Sequence record: MZ375356.1
Length of the DNA: 64,000 nt
Reading direction: 5' to 3' (one strand)
DNA from: Escherichia phage T4
The position numbers and the translations under genes were made by a program. Positions 1 to 10,358 of this stretch are shown piece after piece (position 1 is the first letter of the stretch; each line of letters starts with the position of its first letter). The notes below the pieces were generated by a model, which saw nothing but the letters and a program-made list of their open reading frames with translations, did not search any database and was not told the DNA's origin.

Positions 1-204
1 TTAATTCATATTACGCTTAATAACTTCAGCAACTTCTAGTAGTTCATCTTTAGTTGCGGTGTCGGATTGAATTTTATCTCTAATATCTTTAAAGCGGGTT
101 TTAAATTCTTCGGCTTCTCCCATATCGAAAAAGCGTTGAATGATTCTATATTCTCGATGAACTGCTTTATCAAAAAGTTCTAAATTTACTTTATATGATT
201 TCAT
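1..204 (-). CDS. small early protein, 67 aa (position of T4 rIIA.1)
   Basis: Complete ORF, stop at 1-3; GAGGA SD and early promoter upstream; identity by position only. Confidence 0.45.
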   Translation of the reverse strand: MKSYKVNLELFDKAVHREYRIIQRFFDMGEAEEFKTRFKDIRDKIQSDTATKDELLEVAEVIKRNMN

Positions 205-229
205 TTCAATATCCTCATTTGCCCAATTA

Positions 230-259
230 ATTATACCACATCCTTGTGGTAAAGTAAAC
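230..259 (-). promoter_or_regulatory. T4-type early promoter
   Basis: Minus strand reads GTTTAC-18 nt-TATAAT upstream of the ORF starting at 204. Confidence 0.6.
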
Positions 260-791
260 TACTGGCTCATCCATTCTTTACGAAGGTCAGCATTATCTCC
301 CATGAGCATTTCAAAAAGCTCTTTCCAGTTCTCAGGAAGTTTAACAACATCATATACTGGGTTTTGAATCATCTCACGATATTCAGATTTTTCCAAAGAG
401 CCAAGTCCCTTAATATAACGGATGCTATGTTTAGGTAGAGCATCTTTGGCACTCTCATATTCAGCGACTGTATAAAACCATTCTTGTTTTTTACCGACCT
501 GAGCGATGATTACAGGAGTTTTGACAAAGCGAATTCGTCCTTGCTCAAACAATTCTGGCCAATTACTAAAAAATCCGAGCAGAGAAGGATAAATAGAACC
601 TAATCCAATAATCTCTTAATTATGAGGTATTTCTATAGATAGCCCGAAGGCTATCCATCGTGATCTGCGTCTGTCATAATAGCGACATTCGCATAGTTCA
701 TTGAAGAGGATTTAATAGAACGACGAACATTGTTCTGCAATTTATATTTTTTCATATCAACGCTAGAAGAATCAATTTTTACAAATTTCAT
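259..791 (-). CDS. 60: DNA topoisomerase II small subunit gp60, two coding segments (654..791 and 259..606) joined across a coding gap
   Basis: N-segment MKFVKIDSS...IMTDADHDG (Toprim motif) ends at GGA followed by UAG; C-segment in same frame carries KGLGSLEKSEYREMI (GyrB C-terminal motif). Confidence 0.85.
604..656 (-). other. translational bypass (hop) element of gene 60
   Basis: Minus strand GAT GGA UAG CCUUCGGGCUAUC...AUUAUU GGA UUA: take-off GGA 654-656, stop 651-653, CUUCGG stem-loop, landing GGA 604-606. Confidence 0.8.
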
Positions 792-841
792 TATACACCT
801 CATAGAACTTTTCATCAGGAATCCAACCGCGTTTAAATTCA

Positions 842-1306
842 TTAAATGCTCGGCCGAATAATTTTGAAGCCTTTAATTCCAGGAAGCTTAACACCTTTAT
901 TAACACCGCACCATTCCTTTGGGTTAAATGATCCTTTAATTAATAAGGCGCATTTACCCGATTTAATACTTCTCATTAAAACTTTATCTTTCATAAAGTT
1001 TTTTGACCATTCAGATACTGCTCTTTGATGGTAAATTCTAGCAATTTCATATAATTTACTAGAACGTAAATATTTTTCAGTGTTTAACATTCTATTCATC
1101 GCATATGCCATTTCACGATTACGATGAATTTTATATAGTAGAAAATGTGCTAAAAAGTGTTCACGAAAAGTCAGTTTCACCAAATTTTCTTTATCATCAG
1201 AACCTCCCATTGATCTTGGAAGGATATGATGAATTTCACCCTTAAATTTAGAAACGCGGGTTTTACCCCGCACTATTAAGTCATTATAGATTTTTTCGTA
1301 ATTCAC
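842..1306 (-). CDS. mobA: HNH homing endonuclease-like protein between genes 39 and 60
   Basis: HHILPRSMGGSDDKENLVKL HNH motif; position matches T4 mobA. Confidence 0.6.
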   Translation of the reverse strand: MNYEKIYNDLIVRGKTRVSKFKGEIHHILPRSMGGSDDKENLVKLTFREHFLAHFLLYKIHRNREMAYAMNRMLNTEKYLRSSKLYEIARIYHQRAVSEWSKNFMKDKVLMRSIKSGKCALLIKGSFNPKEWCGVNKGVKLPGIKGFKIIRPSI

Positions 1307-2834
1307 CTACTGTTATCCATTTACCATTAATCTGTACTTCATCATTTTCATTTACGATAATTGTATCGCCATTTAGCTCGAAAGTAAACCACTCGCCATC
1401 TTCTTTTTCTTCAAACGCTTTTTCACCGAGAACTAGACCAGTGATTGCGCAAATATCAAATAGTTCTTTGTTTTTAAGCATATCTGCATAAGACATACCC
1501 CAACTGTTGAGAACTTTACCACGCAATGGATAACCACCGTGAAGTTCTTTATCACGAACATCAATAAGATATCCGATAGCCGAATCACCCTCAGTCAAGA
1601 AAAGAGTAGTATCAGCATCTTTACCGCAAAGATTCGCTTTGATATGTTTATGAACCTTAGCTTTAGAAGCCTTTTTAGCTGCTTTAGTTTCTGCTGCTTT
1701 TTCTGCCGCCAATTTACGAGCCAAAGCAGCTTCAATAATCGGCATTAGAATTGCTTCATTATTTAGAATAGCACGTGAAATCTTTTTAGCATCAAGTTGA
1801 ATATGACTACGAATTTCGCCAAATGGAGAAGTCAAACGCTCTTTAGTTTGAGAATCAAATCGCATGTTTTTCATATCACGAACAAACATAACGATAGTCA
1901 AACATTCTTTGACACGTGCTTTAGTCACATCAATTTTGAACTTACGTTTGATTTGTGGAATAAGGTCTTCACAAATATCATCCATAGCGCAGTCAATGTG
2001 ATGGCCACCATTCTTAGTATGAATGTTATTGACGTATGTTAATTGACGAAAACCATCCGGTGAACGACCAACCGCAATAGAACAATTTTCTTGCTCTTGA
2101 ACAATAGCATGTTCATCATACTGCCGTGCATATTTCTTAAAATTGCCCTGAACCTTTTTACCATTAAAGGTAAATTGAATATCAGGATAAACTACAGCAA
2201 GTGTCTGGAGACGATCCAGTGTAATGTCAAGATAAACTTGGGACAGCTCATTAGTTTCAAATGACATAAAATCAGGAATGAAAGTAACACGAGTTCCTTT
2301 CCATTTTCCAGGAATATCTTCCCATGATTTATTTTCCATGCCATTTGAACAACGAACTACAATATTATTTTGACCGTCGCCAGTTTCACCGACAAACATC
2401 ACAGAAAAAATGTTTGTCAAACTAGAACCAACACCGTTCATACCGCCGGTGACGCGTTCTTTATCATCACCAAAGTTACCACCTGCTTTTGGAATAGTCC
2501 ATGCGGCAACAGGACCAGGAATTTCTTCACCGGTAGGTGTTTTAACCATCGCTTGTGGAATACCGCGACCGTTATCTTCAACTGTTACTTGATTGTTTTT
2601 AATAGTAACATTAATTTTATTCGCGAATTTAAACTTAGTACGAATACCTTCATCTACTGAGTTATCGATAATTTCATCAATAAGCTTAACAAGACCAGGT
2701 ACATACTGAACACTTTCCCATTTACCAAACATAAAGCGCTCATGCGTTTCATTAGCAGAAGAGCCAATGTACATGCCACTACGCTTTTTGATATGTTCAA
2801 TATCGCTCAGAATTTTAATTTCATTCTTAATCAT
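1284..2834 (-). CDS. 39: DNA topoisomerase II large subunit (GyrB-like ATPase)
   Basis: 516 aa from ATG at 2834 (track ORF starts one GTG earlier); GHKL ATPase motifs VEDNGRGIP; SD GAGGA. Confidence 0.9.
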   Translation of the reverse strand: MIKNEIKILSDIEHIKKRSGMYIGSSANETHERFMFGKWESVQYVPGLVKLIDEIIDNSVDEGIRTKFKFANKINVTIKNNQVTVEDNGRGIPQAMVKTPTGEEIPGPVAAWTIPKAGGNFGDDKERVTGGMNGVGSSLTNIFSVMFVGETGDGQNNIVVRCSNGMENKSWEDIPGKWKGTRVTFIPDFMSFETNELSQVYLDITLDRLQTLAVVYPDIQFTFNGKKVQGNFKKYARQYDEHAIVQEQENCSIAVGRSPDGFRQLTYVNNIHTKNGGHHIDCAMDDICEDLIPQIKRKFKIDVTKARVKECLTIVMFVRDMKNMRFDSQTKERLTSPFGEIRSHIQLDAKKISRAILNNEAILMPIIEAALARKLAAEKAAETKAAKKASKAKVHKHIKANLCGKDADTTLFLTEGDSAIGYLIDVRDKELHGGYPLRGKVLNSWGMSYADMLKNKELFDICAITGLVLGEKAFEEKEDGEWFTFELNGDTIIVNENDEVQINGKWITVGELRKNL

Positions 2835-2886
2835 CACTTATCCTCGTTTGGTTTCGGGAATATTATACTCCGGTAATCATAAAGCT

Positions 2887-2905
2887 AAAGGCCCGAAGGC
2901 CTTTT
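2887..2905 (-). terminator. CUUCGG-type stable hairpin
   Basis: Transcript reads GGCCUUCGGGCC between upstream ORF and gene 39; possible MotA-box-like TTAGCTTTA plus TATAAT just downstream. Confidence 0.4.
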
Positions 2906-3122
2906 ATTTAAAACGAATAGTTGAATCCTTAAAGAACAGCCCAGAACATACTGTTCCTTCTACTTTCTGCCCGGTAGGTCCAATAGCACGAAATCCAGTA
3001 TGCTGGAAATCATTTTCAGAGCAACCGAACCAATTATATCCAGTGATTTCAATATTAGTAAAACCACTTGAAGACAAAACTTTGGTTGCATTATCAGCAT
3101 CAGTACATCCTATTAAAGACAC
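2904..3122 (-). CDS. hypothetical protein, 72 aa
   Basis: ORF track; no recognisable motif. Confidence 0.35.
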   Translation of the reverse strand: MSLIGCTDADNATKVLSSSGFTNIEITGYNWFGCSENDFQHTGFRAIGPTGQKVEGTVCSGLFFKDSTIRFK

Positions 3123-3164
3123 TGCTAATACTAATGCTGCAATAGAACGATTAATATTTCATAA

Positions 3165-3341
3165 TTACCCTTTAAGCAAGTCGTAAAATCCACCATTCAC
3201 ATGCTTAGGAGCGGAAACTAACCGAACAGCCAGCCGATGACAATCAGGACATACATCAGTATCTCTTTCAGAAATTTTCTTGATTTTTTCGTATTCTTTT
3301 GCACAGTCTTTGGATTGACATTTATAATCATAAAGCGGCAT
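3165..3341 (-). CDS. small zinc-ribbon protein, 58 aa
   Basis: MPLYDYKCQSKDC...DVCPDCHRL: C-x4-C ... C-x2-C; below ORF-track size cutoff; GGAG-like SD. Confidence 0.45.
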   Translation of the reverse strand: MPLYDYKCQSKDCAKEYEKIKKISERDTDVCPDCHRLAVRLVSAPKHVNGGFYDLLKG

Positions 3342-3343
3342 AA

Positions 3344-3769
3344 TTATTCCTTAAAGTAAGCTTTCAACATCTGATATAAAGACCACGCCTGATCATTATT
3401 TTCAATAGTAACTTTCATGACTGGGAATTCTGTGAAATCTTCTATTTGTTCTTGCTCTTTCTCTTCCTGCTCTTGCTCTTCAACCGCCTGATATGGATTT
3501 TCCACTTCATCAAAGAACCCAGCTTCGTTAGTAGAGAGCCAGATAAAGTTTTCGTCAAGGATATCACCGCCGGCACAACGTTTGAGTACACCTATGGATG
3601 TCATAATTTTAGTAGGACGCCCAAGATAATCAGCATCTAAAATTTTAAAAGGCTCCATACCTAAACGTCGTGCATAGATTCCGTTATCAGTATGGTCTTT
3701 AATAAAATTTTCTTGAGCTTGTTTATTTTTAAATTGATACCATTTATTAACTTCAAATTTAATAGCCAT
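3344..3769 (-). CDS. goF: goF-like protein, 141 aa
   Basis: Length and position downstream of 39 match T4 goF; acidic [12 protein letters not shown] tract. Confidence 0.45.
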
Positions 3770-3981
3770 TAATAAATTTCCTTCCAGTAAGTTGTGCCGT
3801 CTTCAGTAATTTCACGAAATACACCATAAATTGGCTGTTTATCACCGACTTTCTCATACACATAAACAGAAGTCAAGTGAGTAAACTTGCTAGTATGTTC
3901 CTTTTGAACTACTACCAAATTTGGATCAAATAATACATCTTCAAATTCATCAGTGCAATTCTGAACAATTTTACGTTTCAT
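3769..3981 (-). CDS. cef-like small protein, 70 aa
   Basis: Position and size only. Confidence 0.35.
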
Positions 3982-4147
3982 TACAATTTCCTCATTAATT
4001 GAACAGTGGAGCGATACGTTTCAGAAGAGTATCAACACCTTTAGCGAATTTTCCATTTTATTCTCCAAGTTGTTTTCTGTATCAGTAGTTGATATTGATA
4101 GTACCATAATCAACTACTGATGTATAGTTTTATGAAAAATTTAAACT

Positions 4148-4633
4148 TTATGCATAGAGAGCATTGCTATAGTGTTTAATCCAACTTTCAGGAATGACTT
4201 TGTATGTTCCTAAAAATACCACGTTGTACAACTTAACACCATCTTCTACCCATTGATCGGTAATGTATCCACACATAGCGCGAGTATAAACAACCCTTCC
4301 ATCATCTTTAATAAAGTTAAATTCACAAGGAGCAATGAACTTGATAGCCTGACCGAGTTTCCACTTAAAGTCTACACCTACATGCGAAGTATCAATCGTT
4401 TCAATTCCTTTAGCAGGAACAGCTTTTAAAAACGCAGACTCAAGAAATTTCGCACGAACATAGCCAAACTGGGGTTTAGACTTTCCATCTTTAGGAATGA
4501 TACGCACTTTTACTTCAGAATCTTCATCTTTAACACCATGCTTAAGCTGAATGCTTACAACTTCGACCAATTTTCCTGCTGCTTTAGAACGGGATTTATC
4601 AGATACACGAGCTAATTCACCAATAATAATCAT
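4148..4633 (-). CDS. hypothetical early protein, 161 aa (motB-region)
   Basis: ORF track; C-terminal region paralogous to the next ORF. Confidence 0.5.
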   Translation of the reverse strand: MIIIGELARVSDKSRSKAAGKLVEVVSIQLKHGVKDEDSEVKVRIIPKDGKSKPQFGYVRAKFLESAFLKAVPAKGIETIDTSHVGVDFKWKLGQAIKFIAPCEFNFIKDDGRVVYTRAMCGYITDQWVEDGVKLYNVVFLGTYKVIPESWIKHYSNALYA

Positions 4634-4709
4634 AGTTATCTCTCACTTGTTAAAAAGATTTTATACTCCACGGGACCATTATACTCTGGTCCCAAGAGTT
4701 TGTAAACTA

Positions 4710-5141
4710 TTAATTCAAAATAGCTACCACTGCACTACGAGGAACTACGGAGTACTCTCCAGCATGAACTACGTTCAGAAGTTCAACGCCATCTTCAATC
4801 CATTGGTCAGTTACCCAACCACCAATCGGATTCGCAAATGGACGACGAATGTAAACTGCCTTACACAACAAATCAGTCGGGTCTTCAGGTTTTTCAATTT
4901 CTGTCAATAGATTAAAATCTTCTTCATAGATGATGAATGATGATACCCTTCCATAATAGTTTCTAATTTCCATGTACACTGTACCAATGAGAATTCCACT
5001 ATTAACACTAATGACAGTAAAAGGATATCCGCCAGTTGTACCAAGAAGTTCCCAAAATTTGCTATCAGTCGTATTCGACATTGTCTGAAAATCAATTTCA
5101 GATGGTTTTTTCATTTGATACGCAGTATTAATTTTAATCAT
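4710..5141 (-). CDS. hypothetical early protein, 143 aa, paralog of 4148..4633
   Basis: Shared C-terminal motif G(G/C)(W/Y)(V/I)TDQW(I/V)EDGV(E/K)L.NVV. Confidence 0.5.
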   Translation of the reverse strand: MIKINTAYQMKKPSEIDFQTMSNTTDSKFWELLGTTGGYPFTVISVNSGILIGTVYMEIRNYYGRVSSFIIYEEDFNLLTEIEKPEDPTDLLCKAVYIRRPFANPIGGWVTDQWIEDGVELLNVVHAGEYSVVPRSAVVAILN

Positions 5142-5254
5142 AATTTTCTCTTTAGTTTAAGGTAATAAAGCCTTTTAGTTCGGCATAGGATTTTATTATC
5201 CTCAGTAGCTATGGTGTTATAGTACCACAACTAACCGAGGAAGTAAACAACTTT

Positions 5255-5938
5255 TTATCGTTTTGTTGGAAGAGATAGAGGATCGCATTCTTCCTCTGAT
5301 GGAGCATCTTCAAGACCCATAGCATATCGCAAAGCATACTTCATCATCAGGATGTCTTTCGCACAGTCATGAATAGAATCATGTGCAACGAATCCATCTA
5401 AAGTTCCCTTTGGAAGAGGACACGTTGTCATATCACGAACAAGCAGAAGTGCTTCAATTCTAGTACGAATATCACGCTGATTCCAAAATTTACAAGGTTC
5501 TAACTTAAATGTATCAAGCTCATTCTCGGAAACGCCGTTAAGACGTTGAATATCGCGAATAAGATCGACTAAAATTGGAAAATCAAACGACATTCCACGG
5601 CACCAGCCTTGAGATTTCCAAGGATCGATATTATGTGCATTGATGTAATCATTAAATTTTGCAATACCGTCGATAGTGCTTACATCTTCATCGGATGGTG
5701 CAATATTTTTTCGAGCTTCAGGAGATTGATTCTTCCACCATTCGATAGTACTTTTAGTAAAAAGACGGTGTCCTTTTTGGCTTTTTAAATCAAATTTGAT
5801 TTTAATGCCACGTGAAACTAATTCATCGAATGTTTCAACTACTTCTGGATTAGGGTCAAAAGCAATTACAGCCAAATCAATAACCGCTGCTTTTTCACCA
5901 CTTCCCATTGTTTCAAAATCTATAATAAAATCAAACAT
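5255..5938 (-). CDS. dexA: exonuclease A (DEDDh 3'-5' exonuclease)
   Basis: 227 aa; N-terminal DFETMG exonuclease motif; synteny. Confidence 0.85.
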   Translation of the reverse strand: MFDFIIDFETMGSGEKAAVIDLAVIAFDPNPEVVETFDELVSRGIKIKFDLKSQKGHRLFTKSTIEWWKNQSPEARKNIAPSDEDVSTIDGIAKFNDYINAHNIDPWKSQGWCRGMSFDFPILVDLIRDIQRLNGVSENELDTFKLEPCKFWNQRDIRTRIEALLLVRDMTTCPLPKGTLDGFVAHDSIHDCAKDILMMKYALRYAMGLEDAPSEEECDPLSLPTKR

Positions 5939-6135
5939 TAAATTTTCCTCGCTAAATCACGAATTTGACCTACAGTATAGTCTTGAATATAAACTTTATT
6001 AATAGGCTCATCAATAAATTTTGCCATAGATTCAATATCTTTTTGTATTTCTTCAAGACTGTATACTCTTTGAAGCTTTTTCGCGAATAGTGATATTTTC
6101 AGGACCCGGATTTTCTTGAATGACAACTTTAACAT
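5938..6135 (-). CDS. hypothetical protein, 65 aa
   Basis: ORF track; stop/start overlap with dexA. Confidence 0.4.
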   Translation of the reverse strand: MLKLSFKKIRVLKISLFAKKLQRVYSLEEIQKDIESMAKFIDEPINKVYIQDYTVGQIRDLARKI

Positions 6136-6189
6136 TTGTCATAAGAGATTTAAACTGGTACCAACTTAATTCAATCATTAATAATCGCC

Positions 6190-6429
6190 TCATAAAGAGC
6201 TAATTTCGCCTAAAACATAATCATTGATTGTAACAGTTTTAACTTCACCGCAAAAGAATTCTAACGCAATTAAATCTCGTTCAATTTCTTCTAATTGAAG
6301 CATCAACTTACTAGATTCAATTTTTACAGTTTCACGATTTTTGCTATAAGCTATTTCATAAATTTCGCTTACTTTATCTTGAAGAAGATAAAACTGATCT
6401 TTAGTTATTTCCACGAATAGCTTCCTCAA
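6190..6429 (-). CDS. hypothetical protein, 79 aa
   Basis: ORF track. Confidence 0.4.
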   Translation of the reverse strand: MRKLFVEITKDQFYLLQDKVSEIYEIAYSKNRETVKIESSKLMLQLEEIERDLIALEFFCGEVKTVTINDYVLGEISSL

Positions 6430-6435
6430 ATTTAA

Positions 6436-7764
6436 TCATACATAAAACACATCATAACGACCACGGGTGACACCAACATAAAGAAGTTGTTGAGCTAATT
6501 CAGCATCTGCATAATGAATACAAGGCGTATAAATGAAAGCACGGTCTACAGACATACCCTGCGCTTTATGGAATGTTGATGCAGGAAGTGCTTTCACTTT
6601 ACTAAACTGTGATTTAGCATCCCAAAAATCACTCCACGGAGCTTTTCCGCCTTTGTTCCAATTTTTATAAGTTTCTGCTGTTTTACCTAAAAATAGGTTA
6701 AACTTATACAATTCTTCGTCAGATGAAATTATTTTAATCTTTTCACGATAATATTCATCATCGCCATAAGTTTCTACTGTTAAATCCCAATGACGAATTA
6801 GATATTCTCCAGGAACACCACGGGCTTTAACAAACGTTGATGTATACTCTGCTTCTATAATACGAACTAATTGTCCGTTATTAAAAATAATTTCTGACAC
6901 AGGCTTTCCATCAATTTTATATGTTTTAATTAATGGTTCCTGCATTACAATAATTTCACCGACAATAAAATCTTTATCAGTTTCAAAAATCTTTTTACGA
7001 ATAATGCTATTTAACTTGTCAACAGATTTATTCGTAAATGCCATTACGCGATTTTCAAACAAATCATCTAGTGATTTGACGATTGAAAAATAATTTACCA
7101 TAAAATCGCGTAAAGCGGTATCACCAGTAAATCCACGTACTCCATGCCCGTCAACAACTTTATCATAAATCCACTTACCGTTGCGAACGTCAGTAGCTAC
7201 ATCAATAATAGGAGCATTACTGCGTTTAACTTCAGTGAGTTCACACTGATAAAAATCTTTATGTGTAAAGAATGGACTGATATAAGCAGTATTTTCTCCT
7301 GGGTCAACAGGTCTGATTTGCTTATTATCCCCTATTCCAATTATAGTACACCAAGGTGGAATAGTTGAAAGCAGAATTTTAAATAGCTTTCTATCATACA
7401 TTGACACTTCGTCGCAGATTAATACTCTGCATTTGGCTAAATCAGGTACTTCTTTTTGTTCAAAAAGAACATTTTCTTCATATGTTACTGGGTTAATTTT
7501 AAGAATACTATGAATAGTACTCGCTTCTTTCCCTGATAGTTTTGAAAGAATCTTTTTAGCTGCATGTGTAGGAGCTGCTAAAATAATACCAGTTTCACCC
7601 GTAGATATTGTAGATATTAAAGCTTCAATGATGAACTTAGTAAGAGTAGTCTTACCGGTACCAGCAGGTCCATTAATAGTTACATGATGTTTCTTTTCTT
7701 TAATAGCCTTCATAACAATGTTAAAGGCATTTTTCTGGCCTTCGGTCAAATCATCAAATGTCAT
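6436..7764 (-). CDS. dda: Dda DNA helicase (SF1)
   Basis: MTFDDLTEGQKNAF..., Walker A GPAGTGKTT, Walker B LICDEVSM. Confidence 0.9.
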   Translation of the reverse strand: MTFDDLTEGQKNAFNIVMKAIKEKKHHVTINGPAGTGKTTLTKFIIEALISTISTGETGIILAAPTHAAKKILSKLSGKEASTIHSILKINPVTYEENVLFEQKEVPDLAKCRVLICDEVSMYDRKLFKILLSTIPPWCTIIGIGDNKQIRPVDPGENTAYISPFFTHKDFYQCELTEVKRSNAPIIDVATDVRNGKWIYDKVVDGHGVRGFTGDTALRDFMVNYFSIVKSLDDLFENRVMAFTNKSVDKLNSIIRKKIFETDKDFIVGEIIVMQEPLIKTYKIDGKPVSEIIFNNGQLVRIIEAEYTSTFVKARGVPGEYLIRHWDLTVETYGDDEYYREKIKIISSDEELYKFNLFLGKTAETYKNWNKGGKAPWSDFWDAKSQFSKVKALPASTFHKAQGMSVDRAFIYTPCIHYADAELAQQLLYVGVTRGRYDVFYV

Positions 7765-8072
7765 CGTAAATTCCCTGCAATTGGTATACTAACAATACGC
7801 CCAGTATCTAAAATTCGCTGATATAATCTTTGCGTGTCTACGTCAGGCTTAACATGTTTAACTTCTATTTTATTAAACCAAAATTTACGTGGAGTCTCAA
7901 CTAATCTTGGAATTCCCTTACCTAAAGCTAATCGATACTGCTCTTTAAGAGTGGTAAATACTTTATCAGCAATCTTCCATTCAAAAAATACAGCAGGACG
8001 ATGTTCATCAAGCGGAACTGGCGCTGTAAATCCGTCTTTGTCTCGGTAAACTATCGCATATACATAAACCAT
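7761..8072 (-). CDS. hypothetical protein, 103 aa
   Basis: ORF track; ATGA overlap with dda. Confidence 0.45.
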   Translation of the reverse strand: MVYVYAIVYRDKDGFTAPVPLDEHRPAVFFEWKIADKVFTTLKEQYRLALGKGIPRLVETPRKFWFNKIEVKHVKPDVDTQRLYQRILDTGRIVSIPIAGNLR

Positions 8073-8183
8073 ATTATCCTCGGATAAGTTTAAAAATTGA
8101 ACAATTTAGCGGATATCCTCTTTTCAGTTTAAGTTTATCAATAAAAGACAAATTTTGATACCGCTACACCTTGAATAATTTTA

Positions 8184-8816
8184 TCACATATCATATTGCA
8201 TTTCTGCTTCTGACAACTTTTTCACAATTTTCCAATCCGAGCCTTTAAGAAGAACGTTCAATTTAACAACTTCAGCGCCTTCTGCTATGCGAGAACCATC
8301 AATACGTGCTTTAAGTGCTATAATTCTCAGCTTAATGTCAGAGGTCTGTTTTGATTTAGAAAGCTGAGAAATGTGTTCAATTCGATTTTCACGTTTTTTC
8401 TGTATAGCTTTAATTTGATTATAAGTCTTTTTGATTTTAGCCCATTTCTTTTCATCTAAATTTAGTTTATGAACTTTTTTCGCAGATGAACGACCAATTC
8501 GCAAAGCAAATAAATCACGCTTTTCAATCAACTCTTCTAAAGTATAATCAGAACGAAATGTATTATACTTTTTCTTTACTGCAATAACATTCCCTTTAAT
8601 GTATCCAACGTTATTATCAAAACGTTCTAATGATAATTTCTCTCCTTCAATACGATTATCAAAAGGTTCTCCCGAGTAAGCACAAACTTTTTGATCTAAA
8701 ATGTTCTTAATGTAATTGAAGTCTAAGTTAAAATCTTTAGAACGTCTTTTTGCAGATGCCTGAGTATGCTCTAAACGACGTTTAATTTTACGAATTTGGT
8801 TATTAGACAGCTTCAT
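8184..8816 (-). CDS. hypothetical basic protein, 210 aa
   Basis: ORF track; lysine/arginine rich; function unknown. Confidence 0.45.
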   Translation of the reverse strand: MKLSNNQIRKIKRRLEHTQASAKRRSKDFNLDFNYIKNILDQKVCAYSGEPFDNRIEGEKLSLERFDNNVGYIKGNVIAVKKKYNTFRSDYTLEELIEKRDLFALRIGRSSAKKVHKLNLDEKKWAKIKKTYNQIKAIQKKRENRIEHISQLSKSKQTSDIKLRIIALKARIDGSRIAEGAEVVKLNVLLKGSDWKIVKKLSEAEMQYDM

Positions 8817-8891
8817 ATTTTTCTCACATCTTACGGACGGTTAACTACTTATACTAACATTTTTACTTTAACTTGTAAACAACTTTTTGAA

Positions 8892-9546
8892 TTATTTTGC
8901 CCAGGGAGCCCAAGGCGGAGGGTCAAGATGGTATGAAGCTAGTTCTTCTAGAAGAGCATCTGGGGCTTCAATTCCATAATTCTGTAATACTATACGGTAC
9001 TCTTTCTTATAATCACTAGAATCATTCTGGTTATTCGTAGAATGATTATCTTCTAACATCTCAAATCCATATTTCCTAGCGATAAAAACCAAATTTACGA
9101 TTAGTTTCAATGATCTTTCTTTCTTCTTCGGACATTCTCCAGCGTAGTCCAACATCAAAATGAGCCCAGACCATCCTAACAAATGCATTTATATCTTTAA
9201 TATCTTCAATAATGAATGTTTTACTTTTAGAAGGTTGACTCGCTAATTTAACTTTATCGTCTTCAAACATGTCAAAAAGACCATATTCATGAGCTCTTTT
9301 ATAGCCTTTAATAGTTAAAGCTTCAGAAGAAGAAAATGGTGAATCTGTATTCTGCAAAATATCTTCAGTATGCTTTATAATTAGAATAATATTTTCTGGA
9401 TATTTTCTTTCTTTTATATCTTTAATTAAAAAATCCGGATTTTCTGCTAAAGGAATAATTAATGAGCAATTTTTATCAAGTGTATTTACTGATTTACCTT
9501 CTTTAGACATAAATTCTATTGAATATAATTTTGCTACTTCAATCAT
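8892..9546 (-). pseudogene. frame-disrupted early gene (156-aa and 98-aa ORFs overlapping in different frames)
   Basis: ORFs 9076..9546 and 8892..9188 overlap by 113 nt; together about 218 codons. Confidence 0.3.
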
Positions 9547-9697
9547 GTGATTTCCTTTTGCCTACTAATGGACCGTCAGGAATTTTATTTTCCTGGATAT
9601 TTCTCATTTTCTTCCATCATTTTACTGCCAATTTTAAGAAGCAAATCCATTGCTTCATTTGCTTTTGCTTTAGCTTCTTCTAACGTCATATCTTTGT

Positions 9698-9901
9698 TCA
9701 TGATTTATCACCATAGATGTCTCTCATCAATTTAAGCGCTGAGCGTTCTAGTTTCTTTTCTTTCTCAGCACTAATCATTGATTTCATCCATTCTTCTGAT
9801 TCATTCTGCATTTCTTTATTTGCTTGTTCAACCCAACCGTCATCAATATACATTGAGTTTGGTCTATTGAACCATTCAAGCATCTTCTTCAGAACTTTCA
9901 T
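9698..9901 (-). CDS. hypothetical protein, 67 aa
   Basis: ORF track. Confidence 0.35.
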
Positions 9902-9969
9902 TCGTTTTACCTAAAACAATAGTAGGAGCATCGTCAAATTTATGAATTTTTAGCAAATTTGGATTTAAA

Positions 9970-10170
9970 TTATTCCATAAAGAGGTAAAAATATGATAGC
10001 GCACTTTCGTCCGTAATTATAAATTTATTTCCTTTATCTATTTTCCAATCATATATTGAATCATATGAATAGAAGGATAACGGTTTATTATAATATGCTT
10101 CAGCAACATCAATAGTTAGATTTAGTAAATGCTTGAATTGCCATAAATGGAGAATTTTGTACAGTTTCAA
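9970..10170 (-). CDS. hypothetical protein, 66 aa
   Basis: ORF track. Confidence 0.35.
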   Translation of the reverse strand: MKLYKILHLWQFKHLLNLTIDVAEAYYNKPLSFYSYDSIYDWKIDKGNKFIITDESALSYFYLFME

Positions 10171-10358
10171 TAATTCCGATCTTTTTAAGTTTTATTTCAA
10201 CATCTTCTGGAATTGGCATTGAAATAAAATCTTCTACTATACATATTATTGTCATATCTTTTATCAATCATTACTGCTACAGTAATTGGAACATCCTTGA
10301 CAAACGCCATACTAACTATTGATAGACATTTCAAACAAAATTGCTTCCATAATTTTCC

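Noticed and set aside
1539-2660. Plus-strand ORFs inside minus-strand genes (e.g. 1539..1748, 2370..2660; similar cases at 27566..27982 and 29978..30361)
   Set aside because: They lie antisense to well-supported genes (39, 45, 46), have no SD or promoter and show low-complexity composition; treated as chance ORFs.
4081-4125. Early promoter at 4081..4125
   Set aside because: It has the TACTAT -10 and conserved leader but no GTTTAC -35; the -35 position is occupied by an inverted copy of the leader, so it may be a hairpin or a weak promoter. Not listed as a feature.
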